46,941 nucleotides of DNA, from IMG/VR virus record IMGVR_UViG_3300048586_000076, positions 1 to 46,941 of that record; one strand, written 5' to 3'. The DNA comes from a virus. Its lineage: Duplodnaviria > Caudoviricetes. A program made the translations under genes and the position numbers. Shown one piece after another: positions 33,365 through 42,809 of this stretch (the stretch's first letter is position 1; each line of letters opens with the position of its first letter). Under the pieces are notes generated by a model. The model saw only the letters and a list, made by a program, of their open reading frames with translations, was not told where the DNA came from and made no database searches.

Positions 33365-34459
33365 ATGCCGATCTTGAAAACTCTGGCCCGGATGGCATTC
33401 CTCGCGTCGATGGCCGCGATCGTTGTCTATCTCGGCTATACGTCCGGCGGCGATGTGACCATGTACGGCGCTGCCGTTATCGGCACCACGCTTCCGACCT
33501 ATGTCGACCTCGCTTCGCGCATGGACAAAAACGGCGCGATCGCGAACATCATCGAAGTGATGATGGCAAACAACGCGGTCATGCAGGACTTGCAAATCCA
33601 GACCGCGAACGATGGCACCGGCCACCGGACCACCGTCCGATCGGGTATCCCCCAAGCTGCATGGCGCATGCTGAACTATGGCGTGCCGCGTGTGAAATCC
33701 CGCACGGTGCAGGTCCGCGACACCACCGGCATGCTGGCGGCCTACATGGAAGTCGACAAGACTTTGGCCGATCTGTCCGGAAACGTGAACCGCTTCCGCA
33801 ACACGGAAGATGGCGCGGTCCGCGAGGGCATGACGCAGCAGATGGCGGAAACGCTGTTCTACGGCAACACTGACGTCAACCCGGAACGCTTCCTCGGGCT
33901 GGCTCCGCGCTATTCGCAGTTGTCGGCACCGTCCGGCGCGTCGATCATCGACGCGGGCGGCACCGGTTCGGACAACACGTCGATCTGGCTCGTGTCGTGG
34001 GGCGAACTCGCCACGCATGGCATTGTGCCGGAGGGCGTCAATGCCGGCTTCGATCATCGCGACCTCGGTGAGGTGACGCTGCTCGATGCGAACGGCGGCC
34101 AGTTTCAGGGCTATCGGACCTATGTCGAATGGCATTTAGGCCTGACTGTCCGCGACTGGCGGCAGAATATCCGGATCGCGAACATCGACGTGTCGAACCT
34201 GTCCTCGGACGCGAACTATCTCAAGGCGTTGATCAGCCTTATGATCGATGCTGAGGAAGCGCTGCCGGAACAGCAGGCCGGCACCAAGGTATGGTACGGC
34301 AACAAGACGGTTCGCTCGGCGCTCCGCAAGTCGATCCTTGCGCAGGTGTCGAACAACCTGACCGAAACCACGGTGAACGGTAAGCCGTTCATGGATTACA
34401 ACGGCGCGCCGTTCCGTCGAACCGACGCGATCATCAACGCAGAGGCGCGCGTCGTCTAA
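33365..34459 (+). CDS. Major capsid protein (BPP-1/epsilon15-like)
   Basis: GHRTTVRSGIP...WR.LNYGV, EVDKTLADL.GN, ETLFYGN...PERF.GLAPRY and GLTVRDWR...RIANIDV motifs; GGAGA RBS. Confidence 0.95.
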   Translation: MPILKTLARMAFLASMAAIVVYLGYTSGGDVTMYGAAVIGTTLPTYVDLASRMDKNGAIANIIEVMMANNAVMQDLQIQTANDGTGHRTTVRSGIPQAAWRMLNYGVPRVKSRTVQVRDTTGMLAAYMEVDKTLADLSGNVNRFRNTEDGAVREGMTQQMAETLFYGNTDVNPERFLGLAPRYSQLSAPSGASIIDAGGTGSDNTSIWLVSWGELATHGIVPEGVNAGFDHRDLGEVTLLDANGGQFQGYRTYVEWHLGLTVRDWRQNIRIANIDVSNLSSDANYLKALISLMIDAEEALPEQQAGTKVWYGNKTVRSALRKSILAQVSNNLTETTVNGKPFMDYNGAPFRRTDAIINAEARVV

Positions 34460-34501
34460 CGGCGCGCGTTTCGCAATCGGTCAAACCGGAGAACTGCAAA
34501 A

Positions 34502-34930
34502 ATGTTGCTCGATAAAGAAGGCCAGTTGTCGGCGGTGCAAGCCGTCACTGTTACCGCCAAGTCGACGAACACGATCGATCAAGGCCCTCCCGGCGGCCCG
34601 AATGCCGTCGCCGGCTCCGATAGTCCGCAGATGCCTGAACTGGTTTTCACCATTCAGGAGACGTTCACGGCCGGCGGCGCTGCAACCCTGACGATCCAGC
34701 TTCGAAGCTCGGCGAACTCTGATATGTCGTCGCCCGTCGTGCATGAAAGCTCCGAGACGTATGCGCTCGCGGCTCTGACTGCCGGCGCGCGCCTGTCGTA
34801 TCGGCCGCGTATCCCGATGGGGTCGCGTCGCTACGTCGACGTGAACTATGTGGTCGCGACCGGCCCGATGACGGCCGGCAAGATTTCCTGCGATCAAGCG
34901 ACCGCACGGCAGACTGCATTCCGCGCGTAA
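34502..34930 (+). CDS. Capsid cement/decoration protein (Bbp16-like)
   Basis: MLLDK...S..QAVT.TA.STNTID...RYV.VNY.VATGPMTAGK; follows the capsid gene. Confidence 0.85.
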   Translation: MLLDKEGQLSAVQAVTVTAKSTNTIDQGPPGGPNAVAGSDSPQMPELVFTIQETFTAGGAATLTIQLRSSANSDMSSPVVHESSETYALAALTAGARLSYRPRIPMGSRRYVDVNYVVATGPMTAGKISCDQATARQTAFRA

Positions 34931-34977
34931 GCGCGGAATGTCCACCCTCCCGCAACGTGAATTGAGGTTTGCCCACC

Positions 34978-35535
34978 ATGGCAAAGCGAACTCAGAAAGC
35001 TACGGCGGCCGGCTCGGCTGCCTCCACTGACGACACGATCGGCAAGGAAGTGACTGCGACCAATGCGCCCGATGACGGTGTCGATCGCGGCGTTGCCGGC
35101 GGCATTCCGTCCGGCGACAAGTCCAGCCAGCCGCATCACGATCGGCTGCCGGAAACCGCGCGCGAACAGCCGCGCTACCTGGACGTCACGCGCGCCCCGG
35201 AAGCTCAGTCGGTTCGGACCGTGATTGATCCGCTGCCCGGCGATCTGTCTGCGCCGGCCGATCCGGAGAACATCGGCCGCATCCCCGGCGGCAAGTTCCC
35301 GGCCCGCAAGAAGTACGAGACCGTCGACACCCCGACGCCTGTTCGGGTGAAGGCGAAAACGTACTACAACGATGTGATGTATGAGCCCGGCGCTATCATC
35401 ACGGGCTATGTCGGCACGATCGGCCGGACGCTGGAAAAGGTTGCGCCGTCCGATCTGAAACGGATGCGTGAATTCGATGCCGACCGCGAACGCGCGCAAC
35501 GTGTCGCGGCCGGGCTGGACGACGACGACGAATAA
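34978..35535 (+). CDS. Hypothetical virion-associated protein
   Basis: GAGG RBS; lies between the cement gene and a terminator. Confidence 0.65.
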   Translation: MAKRTQKATAAGSAASTDDTIGKEVTATNAPDDGVDRGVAGGIPSGDKSSQPHHDRLPETAREQPRYLDVTRAPEAQSVRTVIDPLPGDLSAPADPENIGRIPGGKFPARKKYETVDTPTPVRVKAKTYYNDVMYEPGAIITGYVGTIGRTLEKVAPSDLKRMREFDADRERAQRVAAGLDDDDE

Positions 35536-35567
35536 TCGAACCTGCTGCGCGTGAGAGTGGACGGCCG

Positions 35568-35604
35568 GAGGGGGTCGGGGTACGTTGCCCCGGCCCTTTC
35601 TCTT
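35568..35604 (+). terminator. Intrinsic terminator after the capsid cluster
   Basis: GGGTCGGGGTA-CGT-TGCCCCGGCCC hairpin followed by TTTCTCTT. Confidence 0.7.
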
Positions 35605-35617
35605 ATTCGGGTGAAGC

Positions 35618-36277
35618 ATGTCAGTCCTGAAAACCTACATTGCCAATCTGGCGCTCGGCCATATCGGGCAAGATGAAATCGAGACGCTGACGGGCGGCGA
35701 CAAGCCGGCGAATACTTGCTCGCGCCACTATCTGCACGCGATCGACTTGGCGCTTGAGGCATATGATTGGCCGTTCGCCCGCGCATACATTGTCGGCAAT
35801 GTCGTGCCGACGGAAGGCCTCGCCGGCTGGTCATACGCCTACGCATACCCGGCGCTGGCGATTGCGGTGCGCCGGATCGCGAAAGACGCGGCGTCCGAAA
35901 GCAATCAAGAATTCACGCTCGGGATGACGGCGGACGGCGGCGGCCGGGTGATCTTCACCAATCGCAGGGGCGCGCGGTTTGTCTGCACCGTCCGGCCTGG
36001 TAACGAAACGCTTTACACGCCGTCATTCGTCGAAGTCGCCGGCTGGTCGTTGGCCCGTCTGATTGTCATGCCACTGACGAAAGACGCCAAGCTCAAGGAA
36101 TTCTGCGAGCGCGGCTTCATCAATGCGATCAAGACGGCGTCGACAATCTCGGCCAACGAGGAAGGCGACGAGGCGACGCTGCTCAAGACGGACCCGGATT
36201 GGATCAAGGATCGCGACGGCGCAACGCCGTCCGGCCTGCCGCCTGTCGCGACCGAATGGGGGACTGAGTACCCATAA
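35618..36277 (+). CDS. Tail adaptor (tail tubular protein A-like)
   Basis: IANLALGHIG, L.AYDWPFA and W.YAYAYP motifs; conserved position. Confidence 0.85.
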   Translation: MSVLKTYIANLALGHIGQDEIETLTGGDKPANTCSRHYLHAIDLALEAYDWPFARAYIVGNVVPTEGLAGWSYAYAYPALAIAVRRIAKDAASESNQEFTLGMTADGGGRVIFTNRRGARFVCTVRPGNETLYTPSFVEVAGWSLARLIVMPLTKDAKLKEFCERGFINAIKTASTISANEEGDEATLLKTDPDWIKDRDGATPSGLPPVATEWGTEYP

Positions 36278-39111
36278 TGGAACTGATTAAATCCGTTCAA
36301 ACGTCATTCGGCGGCGGCGTCGTTTCGCCGGCCGTGGCGCAACGTCCCGATCTGCAGAAATACCAAGTATCGCTCGCGCGCGCGGTGAACGCGTTCATCG
36401 AGCGGACCGGCGGCGCGGTCAATCGATCGGGCTCGTATTTCATCGGCGCGACCGGCGGCCGATCGAACCTGGCCGTCGACCTGCTGACGGTCGGAACGAA
36501 ATTCGGCGATCAAACAAACGGCGCGACGGCGTGGTACAACAATGAGGACGTGCTGACGGCGGCAAATTGCGCGCGCAAAACGTCGGCCGCAAGCATGTCA
36601 CTCGGCGTCGCGTTCCCTGTCGCCAAGAAAATCGAAAGCGTCCGTATCTTCGGATCGTCCGATCAAGGGTATGTGTCGACGATCAATCCGAACGTTACGG
36701 TGCAAGTCCGCGCGTCGAACTCGCTGCCGTCGAACTATGCCACGGACGGGGTCGCGATCTTCACGTTTGAGCCGTCGGTCGACACGTTGAACGAAAGCGT
36801 GTCGCCGAAAACCGCAACGTTCCCGTCGAATGTCGCATATACCCATTGGTGGGTGCGCGTGTCGCACGATGGCGCAAGCAACCAAATAAACGTCGCCTCG
36901 ATCTATATGACGGAACAGGCAACGGACACGTCTGCGGACGACGTGGCGATCATCGAATTCATTGCGTCGACCGATGACACTTACATTCTGGAACTCGGGC
37001 ACCGCTATATGGAATTCTGGCGCAACGGTGCCAAGGTTCTTTATCCGGCCGGGCATCCGTTTGCCGGCAACGCGGTGCGCGTGATCACGCCGTACAGCGC
37101 GGCGGACGTCGAGGCGCTGCACTACGATCAGTCGAATGACGTGTTGACGATTTCGCATCCGGGTTACGAAATGCAAAACCTGACGCGATACGATCATCAC
37201 GATTGGAAAATGGAGCCCGTCGCCTGGGGCTCGGCGTTCAACACGCCGTCGAACTTTTCGCTTGCGAACCGGACAGACTGGAACGGCACGACGACAAAGC
37301 TGACCTATTGGTTTGCGGTGTCGGCCGGAACGTCGGATGGCACAAGCGAAAGCGTGCCGACAAACATGATCAAGGCGACGTCCGATTATCAGCTTGGTAC
37401 GCCTCGCGGCGGCGTGCAGTTGAAATGGAATAAGCTCACGGTCACGCCGGAGGTGTATAATATCTATCGATCGCCGACGGCGAACTCTGCCGATCTGCGC
37501 TGGATCGCATCGGTGACAGGCGCGAATTCCGCCTATAATCACGTCGGCAACACGGGCGGCAACGTGCCGCCGTCGACTGCGCGTAAGCCGTTCTATGGCT
37601 CGGATGACAATCCGTTCGGCCCGAACAATTACCCGCGCGAAACGGGCTATTTTCAGCAGCGTCGCGTCATTGCCGGCACGATCGACAATCCGCAATCGAT
37701 GTGGCTATCGCGGACCGGCAACCCGAACTCGCTCGCGATTTCGACGCCCGTCGTCGACACCGATGCCGTGATCTTCGCAATCGCCGCTCGTCAGCAGCAA
37801 AAAATTCTGCATGTCGTGCCGCTGGACGATCTGCTCGTGTTCACGAAAAGCGGCGAATGGCGGATCACGGGACCGGACAACGGCATCGTCACGCCGTCGT
37901 CGATCGCCGCAAAGCCGCTATCGAACTACGGCTCGGCCGATATCTCGCCGCTGCAGATTGGCGAACGCATCCTGTTCATTCAGGACATGGGCGGCGCGGT
38001 GCGCGATCTGGCGTATCAGGCGAACATTTCGACACTGACGGCGGACGATATCAGCGTCCTGGTGCAACACTATTTCCAGACACGAAAAATCAAAGATTGG
38101 GAATACGCTCCATTCCCGCATTCGGTTGTGTGGGTCGTGATGACCGACGGCACGATGCTGACCCTGACCTATATGAAGGAGGAAAAGGTTATCGCGTGGA
38201 CCGAACACAAGACGCGCGGCATTGTGAAGGGCGTCGCCGTCGTGCCTGAGAACGGGCAATCGATGGTCTATCTGCGCGTCAATCGATACATCAATGGCGC
38301 GTGGCGGCGCTTCATTGAGCGCCTGACGCCGCGCCGCTTTACTGACGTTCGCGATTTCGTCGGCGTCGACTGTGCGCTGTCTTACGATAACCCTGTGTCG
38401 GTCACGATCAATAATCGCGACAACGGAACGCGCGCGATCTTCAACGCGGTTGCGAACACCTTCACTAACGGCGACACGGTCGACGTCGTGACTGCGACCG
38501 GACCCGATGGCGAATTCCTTGCCGGCGAATACGTCATTTCCGACAAGGCGACCGATACCGTTTCGCTGAAAGATGGGGATGGCAATTATGTGCGGCTCCC
38601 GGTGGGCTGGCTCAAATTCGTGCCAAACATCATCCTGCGGAAAAAGGTCTCGGCTATGTCCGGCATCGATCACTTGGAAGGTGAGACGGTTTCCGGCCTG
38701 GCGGACGGCAACGTTGTCGAGGGGCTTGTCGTCACAGGCGGCGCGGTGACGCTGCCGTTCAAGGCCGGCCGCGTCCACCTGGGCCTTTCGTACCAGACTG
38801 AAATCGAAACGCTGGCGCTTGAGACGCAAGACTTGCGATCCGTCGGCGTGCCGAAAGACGTCTCAAGCCTCGCGATCCGCGTCGTCGAAAGCCGGGGCTT
38901 CGAAGTCTCGGGCGATGGCGTGCGCTATGTGTCGCCGAAGGCGCGGACGGCCGAACGATGGGGCGAACCGGCGAAGCTCTATACTGAGGATTTAGACCTG
39001 AAAATCTATGGCTCGTGGTCGCCGGCCGCAAAGCTCTACATTCGGCAACGGCTGCCGTTGCCGCTCAACGTCTCCGGAGTGGTGCCTATCCATGCTCAAG
39101 GCGGAAAATAG
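36277..39111 (+). CDS. Tail nozzle (tail tubular protein B-like)
   Basis: Q.SFGGGVVSP, YDQSNDVL, YP...GYFQQR, PQSMWLSRTG and HLEGETV..LADG motifs. Confidence 0.88.
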   Translation: MELIKSVQTSFGGGVVSPAVAQRPDLQKYQVSLARAVNAFIERTGGAVNRSGSYFIGATGGRSNLAVDLLTVGTKFGDQTNGATAWYNNEDVLTAANCARKTSAASMSLGVAFPVAKKIESVRIFGSSDQGYVSTINPNVTVQVRASNSLPSNYATDGVAIFTFEPSVDTLNESVSPKTATFPSNVAYTHWWVRVSHDGASNQINVASIYMTEQATDTSADDVAIIEFIASTDDTYILELGHRYMEFWRNGAKVLYPAGHPFAGNAVRVITPYSAADVEALHYDQSNDVLTISHPGYEMQNLTRYDHHDWKMEPVAWGSAFNTPSNFSLANRTDWNGTTTKLTYWFAVSAGTSDGTSESVPTNMIKATSDYQLGTPRGGVQLKWNKLTVTPEVYNIYRSPTANSADLRWIASVTGANSAYNHVGNTGGNVPPSTARKPFYGSDDNPFGPNNYPRETGYFQQRRVIAGTIDNPQSMWLSRTGNPNSLAISTPVVDTDAVIFAIAARQQQKILHVVPLDDLLVFTKSGEWRITGPDNGIVTPSSIAAKPLSNYGSADISPLQIGERILFIQDMGGAVRDLAYQANISTLTADDISVLVQHYFQTRKIKDWEYAPFPHSVVWVVMTDGTMLTLTYMKEEKVIAWTEHKTRGIVKGVAVVPENGQSMVYLRVNRYINGAWRRFIERLTPRRFTDVRDFVGVDCALSYDNPVSVTINNRDNGTRAIFNAVANTFTNGDTVDVVTATGPDGEFLAGEYVISDKATDTVSLKDGDGNYVRLPVGWLKFVPNIILRKKVSAMSGIDHLEGETVSGLADGNVVEGLVVTGGAVTLPFKAGRVHLGLSYQTEIETLALETQDLRSVGVPKDVSSLAIRVVESRGFEVSGDGVRYVSPKARTAERWGEPAKLYTEDLDLKIYGSWSPAAKLYIRQRLPLPLNVSGVVPIHAQGGK

Positions 39112-39568
39112 CGTTGTCCTACGGACGGCCGAACATGCCGACGTCGACGATCTGATTGCGAATGTCGCGGCGCGCGACGCGCGCGAAATCGTCGCGACGT
39201 TCGGGTGCGAGGCGGATGAGGGCATTCGTCGATCGGTCGAAATGGCGTCGCAAGTCATTGCCGGCTGTGTCGGTGACACGATGCTGTGTCTGTTCGGCGT
39301 TCATTCGACGCCGCTCGCGCCGGATATCGGCGCGCCCTGGCTGATCGGAACGGACCGGATACCGGCGAACCGGGCGGCGTTCCTGCGGACCTCGCGCAAG
39401 ATGGTCGGCCGGTGGCGCGCCGAATTCACTGATCTGGCGAACTATGTCGACGCGCGGAACGGGCCGGCAATCATGTGGCTGCGCTGGCTCGGTTTCACGA
39501 TTGAGAAACCTGTGCCATATGGGGCGTTGCTTCGCCCGTTCCACCATTTCCATTGGAGTGCGCCATAA
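39092..39568 (+). CDS. GNAT-fold protein (T7 gp13-like)
   Basis: GAPWLIGT and L.NYVDARN..AI.WLRWLGF motifs. Confidence 0.8.
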   Translation: MLKAENSVVLRTAEHADVDDLIANVAARDAREIVATFGCEADEGIRRSVEMASQVIAGCVGDTMLCLFGVHSTPLAPDIGAPWLIGTDRIPANRAAFLRTSRKMVGRWRAEFTDLANYVDARNGPAIMWLRWLGFTIEKPVPYGALLRPFHHFHWSAP

Positions 39569-40077
39569 TGTGTACGCCTGCAGCAGCTTTGGGCACGACG
39601 CTAATCGGCGGCGCTGCGTCGGCGTTCGGCAGTTATAGCCAAGCCTCGGCGCAACAAGCCTCGGCCGATTACTCTGCCGGCATTGCCGAAATGAACGCCA
39701 CGCTCGCCGCTCGTGCCGCAAAGGACGCGATCGAGCGCGGCCGATCGGACGTCTCTGCGATCTATCGCAAGGGCGATCAAATCATGGGCAAGCAAAAGGC
39801 CGGCTTCGCCGCCAACAATATCTCGCTGTCATTCGGCTCGCCGCTGGACGTGATTTCGGACACGGCGGCCTTTACCGAAATGGACGTCAAGAACCGGCTG
39901 GTGAATGCCGAACGGGAGGCGATCGGGTACCAGACGCAAGGCATGAACTTCTCGGCGCAAGCGGCCGGGCTCCGGATGCAATCCGACTATCTGGACACGG
40001 CCAAGTATGTTGCCCCGGCTTCAACCCTCCTGTCGACCGGCGCTAAGGTCGCGGATTACTGGTATAGGCTTTCCTGA
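39568..40077 (+). CDS. Small internal virion/ejection protein (T7 gp14-like)
   Basis: MC start, hydrophobic N-terminus and G.QKAGFAAN.I....GSPLDV motif. Confidence 0.8.
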   Translation: MCTPAAALGTTLIGGAASAFGSYSQASAQQASADYSAGIAEMNATLAARAAKDAIERGRSDVSAIYRKGDQIMGKQKAGFAANNISLSFGSPLDVISDTAAFTEMDVKNRLVNAEREAIGYQTQGMNFSAQAAGLRMQSDYLDTAKYVAPASTLLSTGAKVADYWYRLS

Positions 40078-42809
40078 TGGCTGTCATAGTCCCCCGCGTA
40101 TTCAACCCCACTGTCGACGTCCAGCCGCTTCCGGGTACCCGGCTATCGGCGGAAGGCATGAACGCGGACGCGTTCGGCGCAAGCATGGGTCGGGCGCTGC
40201 AGCAGTTTGGCGTCGGCCTGGGCGACGTCGCGCAAGTCTCGGCCAAGCTGTACGAGGAACAGCAGGCGCAGAATGCGCTCAAGTGGTTTAACGATGCGGC
40301 GGCCCAAGCGCGCAAAAAAATGTACGACGACGACGACGCGATTATGAAGCGGTCCGGATCGCAGGCCATGGGCGCGTCGAAAGAGTGGGACGATTGGGCG
40401 CTCGCGACCGGTGAGAATGCCAAGCGGACGCTGGTCGACCAATACGGCCGGCGCGCGGGCGAGGCGTTTGAAAAGCTGTGGTCGTCACACTCGCGATCGC
40501 TCGGCGACGCGACGGCGCGGTATGAGTTGCAGCAGCGCAAAGGCTTCCGCGACGAAACCGAGAAAGGCCTGATCGCCACGGCGGCGGCGGACGCGGCGAA
40601 CAACTATCTCGATCCGGAATTTGTCGAGCGCTCGATCGGCACGGTGCGCCGCGCGATCCTCGCGAACGCTGCCGGCGATCCTCCTGAAATGGTCGAGGCG
40701 AAGCTGCGGCAAGCGTCGAGCGCTGTGCATTCCGGTATCGTCCAGCGCATGGCGGTAAGCGATCCGATCAAGGCCATGGAGTATTACAAGGCGAACGCCA
40801 ATAGCTTCGACGGCGGCGATCATGTGAAAATCCAGAAGCTTCTTGAAGTCCCGTATGAGCGCGCGCAAGCGAATGAGTACGTTCGCCAGCGGACGTCTAT
40901 CAGCGCGCCCGCGCGGGCGCTCGGCGTCGTGACGGAAAATCTGGAAACGCCTACAGGTACCAAGCTGACGACGGAATTGTTGCAAACGTCGCTGCAGCGG
41001 TACGAGGGCGATATTCCTGCGGCGGTGGTCGCGGCGACACATGGCGACGACGCGGCGACGAAATGGCTCGCGTCCGGCCGCGACTATGCCGCGATCCCTG
41101 ACGGCGACAAGACAAAGGCATTCGTCGAAACGGTGCAAGGCCGGTACGGCGATCGGGCCGGCGGCAACAAACCGCTTGATCCGCCAATCTCGCCGGCTGC
41201 GGAAATCCGCATGGGTGGGCTCCCGCCTGCCGGCCAACGAATGACGCGCGATAATTGGTCGCTGTCATTCTACAAGCCGCAAGACATGCTGCCGCCAAAC
41301 GACGCGAACGTGTTTGTCGACGCGCGCGCGGCGAAGATGGCGGATGAACTCGGTCGCCGGTTTTTTGAGGAAACCGGAAAGCGGGTCGGCATCAATGACG
41401 ACGCAAAGGCGAACGTGCCGACACCGTTCGGTGTCAGCATTTCATCGCAGGGCCGGCGTCGCGGGGCTCGCGATCCGGAGGACAATCCGGGCGCGCCGGG
41501 CTCGCAGCATACGCAGGGGCGCGCGTTCGATTTCCAAGTGCAAAACCTGACCGACGACGAAAAGAAGCGGTTTCTTTCGATGGCGAAAGAACTCGGTTTT
41601 ACGGGCATCGGTTACTATGAAGGCAAGGGCGGGCATCTGCATCTTGATACGGGCGCGGCGCGATCGTGGGGCACCGCGCCGGCATGGGCTCAAGCGGCGG
41701 ACGCGTCCGCGCCGCGCCTGGCGCAGACTGCGGTCAACCCGCAAAAATTCGATCTGGAAGCCGAACTTGCGGAAGCGGATGCAAGGTTCGGCGATCGGCC
41801 GGACGTGCTGACGCGCGTGCGCCAAGGCCTGATCGTCGAGGCTAACCGCCGCGACCGGATCGAGAAACAGCGCGATCAAGAAGTGCTGAAAGGCGCATGG
41901 TCGCATGTAGCGAAGGGCGGCTCGATCGCGGACATGCCGCCGGAAATGGTGACGAACCTTTACACGCGCGCGCCGCAAGCTGTGCCGGCCATGGAACGGT
42001 TTGAGGAACGGCGGTCGAAAGGCCAGAAGATTGAAACCGATTATGCTGTCTATGCGCGCGTCGCCGCTATGGATGACGACGGCGTTCGCAAGACGACGGT
42101 CGAGGAATTGATCCCGTATCTCGGCCCGACGGAATTGAAAGAGTTTGCCAAGCGCAAGGCCGATATCGACAAGGCTGATCGAGGCTTTGCCAGCGGCGAC
42201 GTCGCCGGTACGCAGACGCGCAACGAAATTGTCCGGTCCGCCATTGCCGGCTCTGACTTCGCCAAGATGGAAGGCAAGCCGGAGAACGCCAAGCGCGCCG
42301 GCATGCTGCAGGCTCGCGTCGATCAATTCATCACGTCATTCGCACAAGCGAATAAGCGCGCGCCGCGATCGGATGAAATCCGCGCGGAAGTCGACCGGCT
42401 GATGACGCCTACAAGCATCGATCGGCCCAACATCGGGACTGGCAATTATTATGCGTTCGAACTCGGGTCGGCGTCCGACAATGCGGTGAAGCGCGGCATT
42501 GGCGAAAAGGTCGAGGCGGACAAATTCACGCCTGTCGCCAAGCTGACGGAAGTCCCGCCGGCCGATCTGGTCTTTCTCAAGGACGCCTATACGCGCGAAC
42601 GCGGGCAGTTGCCGAAAGAAGATAAGGCGGTCGAGCTATACAATGCGGCTCGGCGCGCGCAAATCGGCGGCCTGAGCGATCCCCCGCCGGAGGATCGTCG
42701 GGAAATCGTCTCGGCTCTGACCAAAAAATATGGTCGCGCCCCGACGGCTACTGAGATACAGCGGGCGTACAGCGCGCATGTCCTGCGCTATCTGCCAAGG
42801 GGCTATTGA
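40077..42809 (+). CDS. Internal virion/ejection protein with an M15-type peptidase domain
   Basis: GAPGSQHTQGRAFD...GFTGIG.Y...HLHLD Zn-peptidase motif within a helical scaffold. Confidence 0.82.
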   Translation: MAVIVPRVFNPTVDVQPLPGTRLSAEGMNADAFGASMGRALQQFGVGLGDVAQVSAKLYEEQQAQNALKWFNDAAAQARKKMYDDDDAIMKRSGSQAMGASKEWDDWALATGENAKRTLVDQYGRRAGEAFEKLWSSHSRSLGDATARYELQQRKGFRDETEKGLIATAAADAANNYLDPEFVERSIGTVRRAILANAAGDPPEMVEAKLRQASSAVHSGIVQRMAVSDPIKAMEYYKANANSFDGGDHVKIQKLLEVPYERAQANEYVRQRTSISAPARALGVVTENLETPTGTKLTTELLQTSLQRYEGDIPAAVVAATHGDDAATKWLASGRDYAAIPDGDKTKAFVETVQGRYGDRAGGNKPLDPPISPAAEIRMGGLPPAGQRMTRDNWSLSFYKPQDMLPPNDANVFVDARAAKMADELGRRFFEETGKRVGINDDAKANVPTPFGVSISSQGRRRGARDPEDNPGAPGSQHTQGRAFDFQVQNLTDDEKKRFLSMAKELGFTGIGYYEGKGGHLHLDTGAARSWGTAPAWAQAADASAPRLAQTAVNPQKFDLEAELAEADARFGDRPDVLTRVRQGLIVEANRRDRIEKQRDQEVLKGAWSHVAKGGSIADMPPEMVTNLYTRAPQAVPAMERFEERRSKGQKIETDYAVYARVAAMDDDGVRKTTVEELIPYLGPTELKEFAKRKADIDKADRGFASGDVAGTQTRNEIVRSAIAGSDFAKMEGKPENAKRAGMLQARVDQFITSFAQANKRAPRSDEIRAEVDRLMTPTSIDRPNIGTGNYYAFELGSASDNAVKRGIGEKVEADKFTPVAKLTEVPPADLVFLKDAYTRERGQLPKEDKAVELYNAARRAQIGGLSDPPPEDRREIVSALTKKYGRAPTATEIQRAYSAHVLRYLPRGY

